A stretch of DNA of 64,000 bases from an uncultured delta proteobacterium (GTDB lineage: Bacteria; Myxococcota; UBA727; VGSZ01). The stretch lies in the NCBI GenBank assembly GCA_963775425.1, contig CAVZJB010000016.1:640001-704000 (forward strand). The letters are read 5' to 3'. The translations under genes were made by a program, and so were the position numbers. Of this stretch, positions 9,889 to 19,985 are shown one piece after another (the first letter of the stretch is position 1; each line of letters opens with the position of its first letter). The notes beneath the pieces were generated by a model, which searched no databases, was not told where the DNA came from, and saw only the letters and a list, made by a program, of their open reading frames with translations.

Positions 9889-10479
9889 CTACTTGCCCTC
9901 GATGACGAACTCGTCGGCGAAGTTCTGCGTCTCGGACGCGTCGCGTTTGTACTCCAGGAGAGGGTTGTCAATCATGACATTGTTACCACCCATGTTCCCC
10001 TCACCAATGTATATCTTAATATAGTGTTGTGGGGACGCGCTCTTGCGCTGCTCGCCCATGACCTTGGTGGCGGTGAAGTGGACGGTGTTTTTGCCTTTGT
10101 GCAGGTGGCGCGTGATCTCGGCGACCGTCTGCGCCTGCGGGTCCGACGACGAGAAGCGCTTGATCCACACCGAGTTCACGAACACGTCGATGTCGTACTG
10201 GGCCATGCCCGGCCCCGCGATCTCGCTGACGAGGAAGTAGCGCTTGGTCACCGGGCCCGGCGCCACGGCGGAGGTGGCGGGGCTCGTCTTCGGCGGGACC
10301 GCCTGCACCTCGTAGCCCTTGGCGGCGATGAGCACGTTTCCCTTGTCGTCGATGACGACGGTGACGTTTTCGAACTTCTGGTTCACGACGCCGTCGATGT
10401 TGACGCCGTTCAGAAAGACGCCTTTGGCCGACGCCGTCGTAGCGAACAAGAGCAGGGGCAGCACCAGGTAGGAGCGCAT
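9889..10479 (-). CDS. secreted hypothetical protein
   Basis: Signal peptide, VFLNGVNIDGVVNQKFE; GGAGG RBS; abuts the next gene. Confidence 0.85.
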   Translation of the reverse strand: MRSYLVLPLLLFATTASAKGVFLNGVNIDGVVNQKFENVTVVIDDKGNVLIAAKGYEVQAVPPKTSPATSAVAPGPVTKRYFLVSEIAGPGMAQYDIDVFVNSVWIKRFSSSDPQAQTVAEITRHLHKGKNTVHFTATKVMGEQRKSASPQHYIKIYIGEGNMGGNNVMIDNPLLEYKRDASETQNFADEFVIEGK

Positions 10480-10584
10480 CGGACCTCCCGGCTGGAAGGA
10501 TGACGAAATCCGCCGCTCGGCGCCAGTTCAGGCCACGGATGTCGTTCCCCTCGCCGGAACACAAACTCGCGCCCGAGGGCACCG

Positions 10585-13338
10585 TTGTGGGATGCTCGCG
10601 TCCGGAGGAACCGGTTGGCCCCGAGGGTTCTCGTCTGTATCGAAGACACCGGCGTCGCGCACGTCGTGGCCGCCCGTCTGATGAAGGACGGCGTGGACGG
10701 CGTCGTCGTCGACAAGCCGACGCGCCTCGTGGAAGAGGCCAAGAAGGGTGTGGCCGCGCTCGCGCTGCAGGACCGCTACCCGTCGGGCGAAGCCGCCACC
10801 TCCATCCTGCGTCAAATCCGCGTCGCGCGCACCGAAGCGGTGCCTGCGGTGGTGCTCCTCACGGGCGACATCCCCCAGGGCGACCGGCTCGTCCTCGAGA
10901 AGCAGTACAAGGTGAAGGAGTTCATCCGCATCGCGGAGAACCCCATCCGCATCGCGCAAGCGGTGGCCACGGCGGCGGGGCACGAGGACTTCGACGTCGT
11001 GCTCCACCCCGATGAAGAGAAGAACGCGTTCGACATCTCCATCGAGAGCGTCGGACCCTCCACGGACTTCGGCGCCGGCGAGGTCGAGTTCGACGACGAC
11101 GACGAGCCGAAGACGGTCGAGGTGAACGCCGCCGAGCTCGCGCGCCTGCGCGGCGACAACGGCGCGCCTCGCACCATCCACGACGAGGCCGCCGCCGACA
11201 TGAAGAACGGCAACACCGCCGCCGCTTCCGGTCGCACCTCCGGCGCGGCCGCCCGCGGCAAGAACGGCCGCGAGCCCATCACCGCGCCCACGTCCACCAA
11301 GGACGGCCCGCACCCGGTGACGCAGGAGGCGGAGTTCGGCGGCGACAACCCCACCTCCGAAGGCCTGCTCGACCTCTCACGCCTGCCCGCCCCCGGCGGC
11401 GAGGCCGACGTCGAGTTCCTGCAGGCGCAACCGACCTCCGTCCAGAACCGCCCGGCGTCACCGTCGCCAATCTCGGTCCTGGCCCCACCTGACGACTCCC
11501 AGAAGAGTGAAAAGCCCAATGCCGGGGCGGCCACCGCGACCGCTCTCGACGAGGGGGACTCCGTGCAAGCTGGTTCGCAAGATTTTCAGAAGGCCCAAAA
11601 CGAGCTGAAGAAGGCGCTGATCGCCGAGCGCAAGCAGCGCGAGGCGGCGCAAAAGCGCGTCGAGGAGCTCGAAGCCAAGCTCGCCAAGGTCGGCGACGTC
11701 GTACCCAAGGTCGCCGGCGGCGTGCCCTCCGAGGGCGTCTTCGAGGACCTTCGCTACCCGGCCCTGCTCGCCCGCTGCCGCGCCGACGCCTTCACCGGCG
11801 CCATCGCGATGCAGTCCGGCGGCGCCACCCGCAACGTGTACTTGAAAGACGGCCTGCCCGTCGCCTTTCACTCGTCGGAGCCCGGCGAGCGCATCGGCAA
11901 GGTCCTCGTCACCCAGGGACGCATCACCGACGCGCAGTACATGCAGGCCACCACGCGCTCCGTCGAGCGGTCCATCAAGCTCACCGACGCCCTCGTCGAG
12001 CTTGGCTGGATGGACGCGGAGACCATCGCCGTCGAGCAGAGAAACCTCGCGCGCGACCAGATCATCCAGAGCTTCGAGCTCGTGCAGGGGCGGTTCACGG
12101 TCCAGACGGGCGCGACCCCCAACCCCGACACGGCCACCTTCGACTTCGGCCCCGGCGAAATCTACGTCCAGGGCTACCGCCGCTACGCGCCCACCAGCGA
12201 GATGATGGCGGCGTACGAGAGCCTCCGCGACAAGTACCTCATCGCCAACGCGCGGCTCGCCTCCTACCGGCCCAAGCTCGGCCTCTCGGGCGAGGACGAG
12301 CGGCTCTTGCGCCTGCTCGGCGAGGCCCTCACCGTCGAGGAGGCCGTCGAGCGCGCCCAGACCAGCGCCGAGGCGTCGGCGCGGTTGCTCTCGGCGCTGC
12401 AGGCCCTCGAGCTCGTCGAGGAGTGGAGCCCCGGCGTCGAGCAGTTCCGCTCGCGCATCCGCATGGAGAAGCAGCGGCACGCCGAGGAGATCAACAACGT
12501 GATGGCCGAGGCGCGCTCGCGCGAGAGCCGCCTGCTCGAGGCCTTCGAGAAGGCGCTCAGCAAGCTCGGCGGCGGCGCGCTGTCGGCGCATATGGACTCG
12601 AGCGGTCCGTCTTCGTCTTCGTCTTCGTCTTCGTCCTCTTCATCGTCCTCGTCGTCGTCCTCGCCGTCCTCCGACAAGGGGAGCGGGTCCCCGTTCGGCG
12701 GCTCGCCCATCGGCGGCTCGTCGGCCTCGCGAAGCCCCACGTCGTCGCCGACGCCAGGCGTCGGCTCGGCGCCGAGCAGCGCGTCCCCCGTGAGCCGCTC
12801 ACCGTCGTCGTCGGGCTCGCCGAGCCCGTTCAGCTCGGTGCACAGCGGCGGCTCTGCGTCGCAGCCCGTCACCGTCGGCACCACGCCGGCGGCGGACGCC
12901 GCACCGCCCACCATCGCGCCGTCGCCGCCGCCGTCGCCGTCGGTGTCCGCGCCGCCGTCGCCCGCGCCGTCGTCGCCGCCGCCCGCGTCGCCGACATCGT
13001 CGCCGCCGGCCGCGGCGTCGTCGGGCAACGGCAAGGCGCGCGACAGCCAGCAGGGCCTGTCGGTGGCCGACCTGAAGTACAAGGAAGGCGTCGAGCAGGC
13101 GGCGCAAAACCGCCTCGACGAGGCCGAGGTCACGCTGCGCGAAGCCGTGCGCCTCGACGCGTCCAAGCCCGAGTACCTGACGTCGCTCGCCCGCGTGCTG
13201 TTGTCCAACCCGCGTTACGAGCGGGCGGGGACCCTGCCCGTCGTCCGCTCGCTCCTCGATCGCGCCGTGCAGATCGCCCCCGACTTCCAGGAAGCCGCGG
13301 ACCTGCACGCCCAGGTGATCAAAGAGATGAGCGCGTAA
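10585..13338 (+). CDS. multidomain protein: degenerate receiver, coiled coil, DUF4388-like domain, Ser/Pro linker, C-terminal TPR
   Basis: RVLVCIED..VVLLTG; FTGAIAMQSGGATRNVYLKDGLP..GERIGKVLV; poly-Ser; TPR EAEVTLREAVRLD; start uncertain. Confidence 0.8.
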   Translation: MWDARVRRNRLAPRVLVCIEDTGVAHVVAARLMKDGVDGVVVDKPTRLVEEAKKGVAALALQDRYPSGEAATSILRQIRVARTEAVPAVVLLTGDIPQGDRLVLEKQYKVKEFIRIAENPIRIAQAVATAAGHEDFDVVLHPDEEKNAFDISIESVGPSTDFGAGEVEFDDDDEPKTVEVNAAELARLRGDNGAPRTIHDEAAADMKNGNTAAASGRTSGAAARGKNGREPITAPTSTKDGPHPVTQEAEFGGDNPTSEGLLDLSRLPAPGGEADVEFLQAQPTSVQNRPASPSPISVLAPPDDSQKSEKPNAGAATATALDEGDSVQAGSQDFQKAQNELKKALIAERKQREAAQKRVEELEAKLAKVGDVVPKVAGGVPSEGVFEDLRYPALLARCRADAFTGAIAMQSGGATRNVYLKDGLPVAFHSSEPGERIGKVLVTQGRITDAQYMQATTRSVERSIKLTDALVELGWMDAETIAVEQRNLARDQIIQSFELVQGRFTVQTGATPNPDTATFDFGPGEIYVQGYRRYAPTSEMMAAYESLRDKYLIANARLASYRPKLGLSGEDERLLRLLGEALTVEEAVERAQTSAEASARLLSALQALELVEEWSPGVEQFRSRIRMEKQRHAEEINNVMAEARSRESRLLEAFEKALSKLGGGALSAHMDSSGPSSSSSSSSSSSSSSSSSSPSSDKGSGSPFGGSPIGGSSASRSPTSSPTPGVGSAPSSASPVSRSPSSSGSPSPFSSVHSGGSASQPVTVGTTPAADAAPPTIAPSPPPSPSVSAPPSPAPSSPPPASPTSSPPAAASSGNGKARDSQQGLSVADLKYKEGVEQAAQNRLDEAEVTLREAVRLDASKPEYLTSLARVLLSNPRYERAGTLPVVRSLLDRAVQIAPDFQEAADLHAQVIKEMSA
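12598..12672 (+). repeat. poly-Ser coding low-complexity tract
   Basis: TCG/TCT/TCC codon run. Confidence 0.8.
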
Positions 13339-14506
13339 GCGCCGCCGCCAGTCGGTCGAAGCCCTTGTCGATCGTGTCCTCGCTCGCCGCGTAGCTGAGC
13401 CGGAGCGACCCGGGCCCCTCAAACGGGGTGCCCGGCACCAAAGCCACGTGGTGGTCCACGAGGAGCTTCTCCGCGAAGGCGACGTCGTCCTTCACGCGCG
13501 CGCTCACGTCGAGGAAGGCATAGAAGGCGCCCTCCGGCGGGTGCACGAGGACGCCGTCCAGCGCGCGCACGCGCTCGAGCATCAGGCCGCGGCGCCTCTC
13601 GTAGGTCTTGCGCATGCCCTCGACGGCCTCGGTGACCTCGGGCGGCTCGCGCAGCGCGTACGCCGCCGCCGCCTGCGAGACCGCGGCGCAGCAGGTGGTG
13701 CGCTGGGACTGCAGCGTGAGCATGGCGTCGATGAGCGGCTTGGGCCCGGCGGCGACGCCCACCCGCCACCCCGTCATGGCGTACGCCTTGGCCACGCCGC
13801 CCACCCAGAGGGTGCGCTTCCTGGCGTCCTCGCCGAAGGTGACGGGCGAGACGTGGCGAAAGCCGTCGTAGACGAGCCGCTCGTAGATCTCGTCGGAGAT
13901 GACCCAGACGTCCCGGCCCGCGAGCTTTTCGTAGATGCCGCGCAGCACGCTCTCGGGCCACCCCGCCCCCGTGGGGTTGTTGGGCGAGGAGACGATGACG
14001 ACCTTGGTCTTTTCCGTGAGCGCCGCCTCGAAGTCCTCCAGCCGCGGGCGGTAGCCGTCCTCGCGGCGCGTGGGCACGACGACGGGGACGCCGCCCGCGA
14101 GGCGCGCGAGGTCGGCGTAGGTGACCCAGTACGGCGAGAAGAGAACGACCTCGTCGCCCTCGCCGACGAGGGCGTCGAGCGCGAGCATCAAGGCGCCCTT
14201 GGTGCCGATGGTGGACATCACCTCGGCGACGGGGAACTCCACGCCTTGCTCCCGCAGGAGCTTCGCGCGCATGGCCTCGACGAGCTCCTCGCTCCCTCGC
14301 GACGGGGTGTAGGCGTGGGCGGAGCGGCTCTCGAGCGCCTTCACGGCGGCGGCGACGATGCAGGCGGGCGTCTTGAAGTCGGGCTCGCCCGCGGAGAGGT
14401 TGGCGACGTCGACGCCGGAGCGCGCGAGCGCCTTGGCCTTCTGGGCCATGGCCAGCGTGGCCGACGGGCGGACGGCGGACATCCTCTTTGTGTTCAGCGT
14501 GAGCAT
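13319..14506 (-). CDS. PLP-dependent class I aminotransferase (aspartate aminotransferase-like)
   Basis: AGEPDF, SPNNPTG, SDEIY, AKAYAMTGWRVG. Confidence 0.92.
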   Translation of the reverse strand: MLTLNTKRMSAVRPSATLAMAQKAKALARSGVDVANLSAGEPDFKTPACIVAAAVKALESRSAHAYTPSRGSEELVEAMRAKLLREQGVEFPVAEVMSTIGTKGALMLALDALVGEGDEVVLFSPYWVTYADLARLAGGVPVVVPTRREDGYRPRLEDFEAALTEKTKVVIVSSPNNPTGAGWPESVLRGIYEKLAGRDVWVISDEIYERLVYDGFRHVSPVTFGEDARKRTLWVGGVAKAYAMTGWRVGVAAGPKPLIDAMLTLQSQRTTCCAAVSQAAAAYALREPPEVTEAVEGMRKTYERRRGLMLERVRALDGVLVHPPEGAFYAFLDVSARVKDDVAFAEKLLVDHHVALVPGTPFEGPGSLRLSYAASEDTIDKGFDRLAAALTRSSL

Positions 14507-14508
14507 CT

Positions 14509-15000
14509 TCAACCCTTCGACTTCTTGGCGAACTTCTTTCGGAGCGCTGCGTACACCGGCGCAGGTACCATCTTGCTCACGTCGCCGCCGAAGCTCGCCA
14601 CCTCGCGCACCAGGCGGCTCGACAGGTAGAACGACTCCTCCGACGTCATCATGAAGACCGTCTCCACGTCGGGCGCGAGCTTGCGGTTCATGCTGGCGAG
14701 CTGAAACTCGTACTCGAAGTCGCTCACGGCGCGCAGGCCGCGCAACAACACGTGCACGCCCTTCCTCTTGGCGTAGTCGACGATGAGCCCGTCGAACGTG
14801 TCGATCTCCACGCGGGGCATGGCGCCCAGGCACTCCTTGGCGAGCGCGATGCGCTCGGGCACGGAGAACAGCGGGCTCTTCTGTGGGTTGTTGGCGACGG
14901 CGACGATGACGCGATCGAACGACGCGATGCCGCGCTCGATGATGTCCTCGTGTCCGTTGGTGAGCGGGTCGAAGCTTCCCGGATAGATCGCCGCGGTCAT
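14509..15000 (-). CDS. coaD: pantetheine-phosphate adenylyltransferase
   Basis: [33 protein letters not shown]. Confidence 0.97.
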   Translation of the reverse strand: MTAAIYPGSFDPLTNGHEDIIERGIASFDRVIVAVANNPQKSPLFSVPERIALAKECLGAMPRVEIDTFDGLIVDYAKRKGVHVLLRGLRAVSDFEYEFQLASMNRKLAPDVETVFMMTSEESFYLSSRLVREVASFGGDVSKMVPAPVYAALRKKFAKKSKG

Positions 15001-15587
15001 GTGCCCGCCTCCTCCGTCTGTGCGCCGCTCCCGTCGCTCTTGACGAGGGTGAGGACGCGGGTATCGCCATAGACGCGATCGCGTACGACGTCGAGCCCGG
15101 CCGGCGCCGGGACGTCGGAGCGCCGGTCCCGCTCGAGCACCAGGGTGCCCCCGGGCGCCAGCGCCGCGAGGAGCGCCGGCAGCAGGGGCGCCACGTCGAA
15201 CGCGTAGGGCGGATCGACGAACGCGACGTCGACGGATCCGCGCATCAGCCCCGCGAGCGCGCGCGCGGCGTCGTTCTTTTCGAAGCGGCAGCGCTCGACC
15301 ACGCCGAGGGACGCGGCGGTGTCCTCGACGACGGCGAGCGTCCGCTTGTCGCACTCGACGAAGACGGCCAGGGCGGCGCCGCGCGACAGCGCCTCGAAGC
15401 CGAGGGCGCCGCTGCCGGCGAACAGGTCGAGCACGCGGGCGCCGTCGAGGGCCGCGCCGAGGGACGACATCACGGCGGCGCGCACCTTGTCCGAGGTCGG
15501 CCGCAGCCGGCCCTTGTCCGCGGCGGGCGGCACCGCGATGCGCCGGCGCGCCAGCAATCCTCCGGTGATGCGCAAGACGCCCGCCAC
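14997..15587 (-). CDS. rsmD: 16S rRNA m2G966 methyltransferase
   Basis: [37 protein letters not shown]. Confidence 0.93.
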   Translation of the reverse strand: MAGVLRITGGLLARRRIAVPPAADKGRLRPTSDKVRAAVMSSLGAALDGARVLDLFAGSGALGFEALSRGAALAVFVECDKRTLAVVEDTAASLGVVERCRFEKNDAARALAGLMRGSVDVAFVDPPYAFDVAPLLPALLAALAPGGTLVLERDRRSDVPAPAGLDVVRDRVYGDTRVLTLVKSDGSGAQTEEAGT

Positions 15588-15595
15588 GGCGACGG

Positions 15596-16456
15596 CTACC
15601 TCTGCAGGCTCTGGGCGAGCGCGTCGAGCAGGCGGCTCGACGCGCCCGCCGCCCCGACGGCCGCGAGCTGGGCGCCGGCCTCGAGCCAGGCGGCCGCCTC
15701 GATGCGCTCGTCGTCGCCGGCGTTTCTCTGCAGGACGCGCTCGAGGCGCCGGTCGATCACCACGCGCAGCGCGGCGTCCTCCGGGCGCGCGGCGACGGTG
15801 TCGTCGACGTCGACCACCAGCAGCGCTCCGCCGAGCTCGTCGTACGGCGCGGCGCCGCGGACGGCGGACAGCGAGAGGCCGGCGTCGTCGATGCGGGCGA
15901 GGATGAGGGCGGCGTCGGCGCTGCCGTCGAGCTCCACCTCGAGCCCGAGGTCCTGCTCCACGAGCGGCGCCGTGACCCGCACCAGCGCCTCCACGTCGCC
16001 CTGCAGCGCCGTCGGCGAAAACGCGATGGCGGTGTAGCCGGCCTCGACGTCGCGGTAGAGGCCCTCGCTCAAGCGATCCACCGAGGCGCCCGGCGGCAAC
16101 GGCTGCGCACGCGCGACAATCACCAGCGGGCGGTCGTAGAGCGCGGCGTCCACGGCGCTCAGGATCTCGTCGACGATGTGCGCGGGCGCAGAAGGCGACA
16201 CCGATCGCGTCGCGGAGGGCACGCTGACGGCCACCACCGCGTCGGCGTGGCGCGCGGCCCGCAGCACGCCCGTGAGCGCAGCCCGCCCGGCCCAGGTGGC
16301 CTCCACGACGACACCCGGCCGGTGCCGCGCGAGCAGCGCCCCCGACACGAGCGCGGCCCGCGACCCGCGCGCGTCGAGACGGGCCCGCGCCGACGACGGC
16401 ACGAACGTGGAGAAGAGCTCACGGCCGTAGCCGGGCAACGGCATGGGACGGGGCAT
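15596..16456 (-). CDS. hypothetical protein resembling a degenerate class II aldolase
   Basis: AGYTAIAFS and GLEVELDG echo the class II FBA motifs AGFTSVMxD and VExELG; metal-binding His not seen. Confidence 0.6.
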   Translation of the reverse strand: MPRPMPLPGYGRELFSTFVPSSARARLDARGSRAALVSGALLARHRPGVVVEATWAGRAALTGVLRAARHADAVVAVSVPSATRSVSPSAPAHIVDEILSAVDAALYDRPLVIVARAQPLPPGASVDRLSEGLYRDVEAGYTAIAFSPTALQGDVEALVRVTAPLVEQDLGLEVELDGSADAALILARIDDAGLSLSAVRGAAPYDELGGALLVVDVDDTVAARPEDAALRVVIDRRLERVLQRNAGDDERIEAAAWLEAGAQLAAVGAAGASSRLLDALAQSLQR

Positions 16457-16537
16457 TAGTGCCTCAGCGCCGGGCTGCGTAGGGGGAACCGGCGCCTCAG
16501 GGGTTCGATCGGGGGCGCGAGATGCTACAGGGGTGAG

Positions 16538-16783
16538 ATGGACGCTCGCGGGCTCATGACCTTCATCATCACCGTCCACGAGCTGGCGGTGGTGCTCGGC
16601 GTCCTCGTCGGCGCCCTGATCGCGGCCCTCGGCTTCCTCCTGTTGCGCAACGTCTCGGCCGGGACGCGCGCGGTCACCGTGCTCGCGTTCGCGTTGGGCT
16701 CGGCGCTCATCACGCTGGCCCTCACGTCCAAGCTCTTCCACGTGAGCGCCCTCGACGTCGAAGTCGTCCGCGTCAGCGAATAG
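16538..16783 (+). CDS. small two-TM membrane protein
   Basis: 81 aa hydrophobic ORF with native codon bias filling the intergenic gap. Confidence 0.7.
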   Translation: MDARGLMTFIITVHELAVVLGVLVGALIAALGFLLLRNVSAGTRAVTVLAFALGSALITLALTSKLFHVSALDVEVVRVSE

Positions 16784-16789
16784 CCGCCG

Positions 16790-17629
16790 CTACCCGAAGC
16801 GCAGCGCGCCGTGGTTGGTGAACGGCACGACAAGCTTGCCGCTCTTGAGCTCCGTGCCGAGCTCCCAATTCATGCGCTTGCCCCCGGCGATCTCGGCGAG
16901 GGAGACGCCGAGCTGGGCCAGGCTCACGTGGAAGTCGAGCGGGACGCTCTCGGTCTTCTTGGGCGCTACACGGAGCCCGCGCACGCCCTTGTTGTCGAGC
17001 ACCTTGCGGCCGTCGAGCTTCACGTCGAACTTGAAGCCGTCGATGGGGATGGCGAAGTCCATGTTGTTGTGCAGCGTGGTGTCCACGCGGAAGCCGACGC
17101 CGGACGGGCTCACCGACGTGGGGCTGAAGCCCTTCACGGAGAAATTCGGCACCTTGGGCATGGGCATGGAGCCCTTGAAGCCCACCGGCACGTCGATGCC
17201 TCCGGTCTGGCTGGTGAAGAAGCGCCCCGTCGCCGACAGCTCGTAGGGAACCGCGTTCTTGCCGATGAGGTCGAGGATGGCGGCGGCCGTCTGGCCGAGG
17301 TTGAAGTCGATGTCGAGGTCGGTCTTGGAGCCGGCGCGCGGCTTGAGCACGATGCCCTTGGGCGCCCTGCCCTTGGCGAGCTGGCTGCCGGCGATCTTCA
17401 GGGCGTAGTCGAGCCCGTCGAGCTTGAAGCCGATGGGGTTGGGGTTCGAGATGAGGCAGTTGAACCGCACCGACATCGTCGAGAGCGTCATGCCGAGGAC
17501 GTTCATGCCCCTCACGGAGAGCTTGGGCAGGTACTTCTGGAAGAGGTTCATGAGCGTCGCGCAGCCGGTGCCGGGCAAAAGCACCGCGGACGCGACACCA
17601 AGACGCATCAGCTCACGACGGTTCATCAT
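16790..17629 (-). CDS. double LEA-2/WHy domain Tat lipoprotein
   Basis: MNRRELMRLG..GTGC signal; ISNPNPIGFKLDGLDY and LHNNMDFAIPIDGFKF repeats. Confidence 0.85.
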   Translation of the reverse strand: MMNRRELMRLGVASAVLLPGTGCATLMNLFQKYLPKLSVRGMNVLGMTLSTMSVRFNCLISNPNPIGFKLDGLDYALKIAGSQLAKGRAPKGIVLKPRAGSKTDLDIDFNLGQTAAAILDLIGKNAVPYELSATGRFFTSQTGGIDVPVGFKGSMPMPKVPNFSVKGFSPTSVSPSGVGFRVDTTLHNNMDFAIPIDGFKFDVKLDGRKVLDNKGVRGLRVAPKKTESVPLDFHVSLAQLGVSLAEIAGGKRMNWELGTELKSGKLVVPFTNHGALRFG

Positions 17630-18317
17630 GCGATCGACCATACAACGCCTCCATAAAGCCCGGACCGAGCGACGACGGCGGCGGCACCCCGCCGGCCCGC
17701 TCCGCTCGCGGCGGGACCGGGACGCCGAGGGCGTTCGCGAGCATGCGCATCCCACCGGCGGTGCCGACGGACTCGGGGTGGAATTGGACGGCCTCGATGC
17801 GCGCGGCCGCGTCGCGCATCGCCATCGGCTGGCCGTGGGCGTCGCGCGCGGTGACGCTGAAGCGCGCCGGCACCTCCGCCGCCACCAGCGAGTGGTAGCG
17901 CATCACCCACAGCGGGCTCGGCAGCCCAGCGAGGACGCCCACGCCGTCGTGGGCGATCGCGTCGCGCTTGCCGTGTACGGCGGCGGCGGCGCGGGCGACG
18001 GCGCCGCCGTGCGCGCGCACCAGGGCCTGCATCCCCAGGCACACGCCGAGGAGCGGCACGCGCCCCGACAGCGCGCCCGCGAGCGCCACGAGCTGCGGGA
18101 GATCGCGGGGGCCGCGCGGGCCGGGGCCGATGCACACCAGGTCCCAGGCGCCCGCCACGATCGCGGCCGCGCTGGCCGCGGCGGCGTCGGCGACCTCGAC
18201 GAGCGCGCCGAGCTCCATGAACGCCTGGGCGATGTTCCAGGTGAAGGAGTCGCGGTTGTCGAGGAGCAGCACGCGCGGCACGAAGGAATGGACGGCGCGA
18301 GCCCCTGGGTTGTTCAT
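17613..18317 (-). CDS. anthranilate/aminodeoxychorismate synthase component II (glutamine amidotransferase)
   Basis: LLDNRDSFTWNI, GPGP, GVCLG, MRYHSL, VQFHPES; no component I gene in the window. Confidence 0.92.
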   Translation of the reverse strand: MNNPGARAVHSFVPRVLLLDNRDSFTWNIAQAFMELGALVEVADAAAASAAAIVAGAWDLVCIGPGPRGPRDLPQLVALAGALSGRVPLLGVCLGMQALVRAHGGAVARAAAAVHGKRDAIAHDGVGVLAGLPSPLWVMRYHSLVAAEVPARFSVTARDAHGQPMAMRDAAARIEAVQFHPESVGTAGGMRMLANALGVPVPPRAERAGGVPPPSSLGPGFMEALYGRSHDEPS

Positions 18318-18388
18318 GCGAGACCGTGGTACCACGTGCCTTCGGCCTCGGGCGGGGCGTGTCCTACCCGCGGGCCCGGAGGGCAGCC

Positions 18389-19213
18389 ATGGGAATGAAT
18401 CGCGCGCTGGTCGGCAAGGAGTATTCAAAGCTGGATCCGTTTCCGATCACGGCGGAGGCGGCGCGCGCGTACGCGGAGGCCACCAACACCGCCTGCGGCG
18501 ACATCGCCCCGCCCATGTACGGCGTGGCGTTCACCTTCGCCGCGCTCGGCACGCCCCTGTTCGACCCCGATCTCCACGTCGACATGATGCGCCTGGTCCA
18601 CGGCGACCAGGACATGACGTTCGAAAAGCCGGTGAAGCCGGGCGACGTCATCACCTCCACCTCCCGCATCGTCGACATCGTCGAAAAGACCTCCGGCGAG
18701 ATCGTCACCGTCGGCATCACGGCGAAAAACCAGGACGGCGACGTCGTCCTCGAAGCCAAAAGCGGCCTCTTCGTGCGCGGCCCGCGCAAGAAGGAGAACG
18801 TCGAAGCCGAGCGCAAGGAGCGCGACGCCGAGGAGGCGGCGTGGACGTCGGCGCCGGCGGCGTGGACGGAGACGGAGACGGTGGCGGCCGACCAGAGCAA
18901 GCGCTACGCGGAGGCCTCCGGCGACAGGAACCCCATCCACCTCGAGGAAGACGTCGCCAAGATGGCGGGGCTCCCCGGCGTCATCCTGCACGGCCTGTGC
19001 ACCATGGCCTTCGTGCACAACGCTTGCGTGCGCCGCGCCGGCGGCGACCCCATGAAGATCCGGCGGCTGGCGGTGCGCTTCGCCCGGCCGGTGCTCATGG
19101 GCGACGTGCTCACCATCGAGGCGCGCGGGCCCGAGGGAGGCCCGTGGCAGATCCGCGTCAAGAACCAGAGCGACGTCGTGGTGCTGAAGAACGGCGTAGC
19201 GGAGCTCGCCTGA
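18389..19213 (+). CDS. MaoC-family double hot-dog dehydratase
   Basis: LVHGDQ; YAEASGDRNPIH..ILHGLCT. Confidence 0.92.
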   Translation: MGMNRALVGKEYSKLDPFPITAEAARAYAEATNTACGDIAPPMYGVAFTFAALGTPLFDPDLHVDMMRLVHGDQDMTFEKPVKPGDVITSTSRIVDIVEKTSGEIVTVGITAKNQDGDVVLEAKSGLFVRGPRKKENVEAERKERDAEEAAWTSAPAAWTETETVAADQSKRYAEASGDRNPIHLEEDVAKMAGLPGVILHGLCTMAFVHNACVRRAGGDPMKIRRLAVRFARPVLMGDVLTIEARGPEGGPWQIRVKNQSDVVVLKNGVAELA

Positions 19214-19962
19214 TCCCCGCGCGCCGCCGCCGGCGCGCTCTCCTGGCGGCGGGCCTCGCCGCTTGCGCGCTTGGTGCGTGCAAACCGTCGGCGGCCAAGA
19301 AGCCCCTCGTGTTCACCGATGTGGCGCCGGGGATCTCCCACGCCGTCTTCGACGTGCCGCACAAGTTCTCGGGCCACGCCTTCGACGTCGATCTCGAGAA
19401 GGCGGACCTGCACGTGGTGCCCGCCGCCGGCCGCGCCGCGGTCGACGCACTGGCGCGCGCCTTCCCGCACCACCTCGCCGTCAACGCGAGCTTCTTCGAC
19501 GAGAAGAACGCGGCCATGGGCCGCGTGGTCAGCAACGGCCAGACCCTGGTGAAGGATCGCCGCGCGCCCTGGGGGGCGCTCATCGTCGACGGCAAGCACG
19601 CGCGCGTCGTGCTCGGCAGCGCCCTGCCCGCCGACGGCGGCGGCGGCGACGTCGTCGTGCAAGGCATCCCGCGGCTGGTGGTCGGCGGCGAGGTCCCGAA
19701 GCTCAAGCCGGCCTCGGCGGAGCGCACCGCGGTGTGCGCCGCCGACACGCGGGTGACGTTGGTCGTCGCCACGGAGGCCGACACCGCCACCTTCGCGCGC
19801 TTCCTCGCCCTGCCCCGCAACAAGGGCGGCCTCGGCTGCCGCGACGCCCTCAACCTCGACGGCGGCCCCTCGACGCAGCTCGACGTCGCCCTGCCGGGCC
19901 TCACGCTCTCCGTCAAAGGCGGCTGGGGCGTCCCCAACGCCCTCCTCGCCGTTCCCAGGTAG
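19210..19962 (+). CDS. phosphodiester glycosidase (NAGPA-like) lipoprotein
   Basis: LGAC lipobox, VNASFF, ERTAVC, ALNLDGGPST; probable CTG start. Confidence 0.85.
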   Translation: MIPARRRRRALLAAGLAACALGACKPSAAKKPLVFTDVAPGISHAVFDVPHKFSGHAFDVDLEKADLHVVPAAGRAAVDALARAFPHHLAVNASFFDEKNAAMGRVVSNGQTLVKDRRAPWGALIVDGKHARVVLGSALPADGGGGDVVVQGIPRLVVGGEVPKLKPASAERTAVCAADTRVTLVVATEADTATFARFLALPRNKGGLGCRDALNLDGGPSTQLDVALPGLTLSVKGGWGVPNALLAVPR

Positions 19963-19985
19963 CGCGCGGGCGTCCCCGCCTCGCC

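Noticed and set aside
9949-9971. Minus-strand TTGACA as an internal sigma-70 promoter
   Set aside because: The nearest -10-like hexamer (TACAAA) is only 14 nt away
9997-10025. Possible dif site (AA-TGTATA-T core)
   Set aside because: The centre matches the E. coli dif core but the XerD arm (TCTTAATATAG vs TTATGTTAAAT) is poor and it lies inside a CDS
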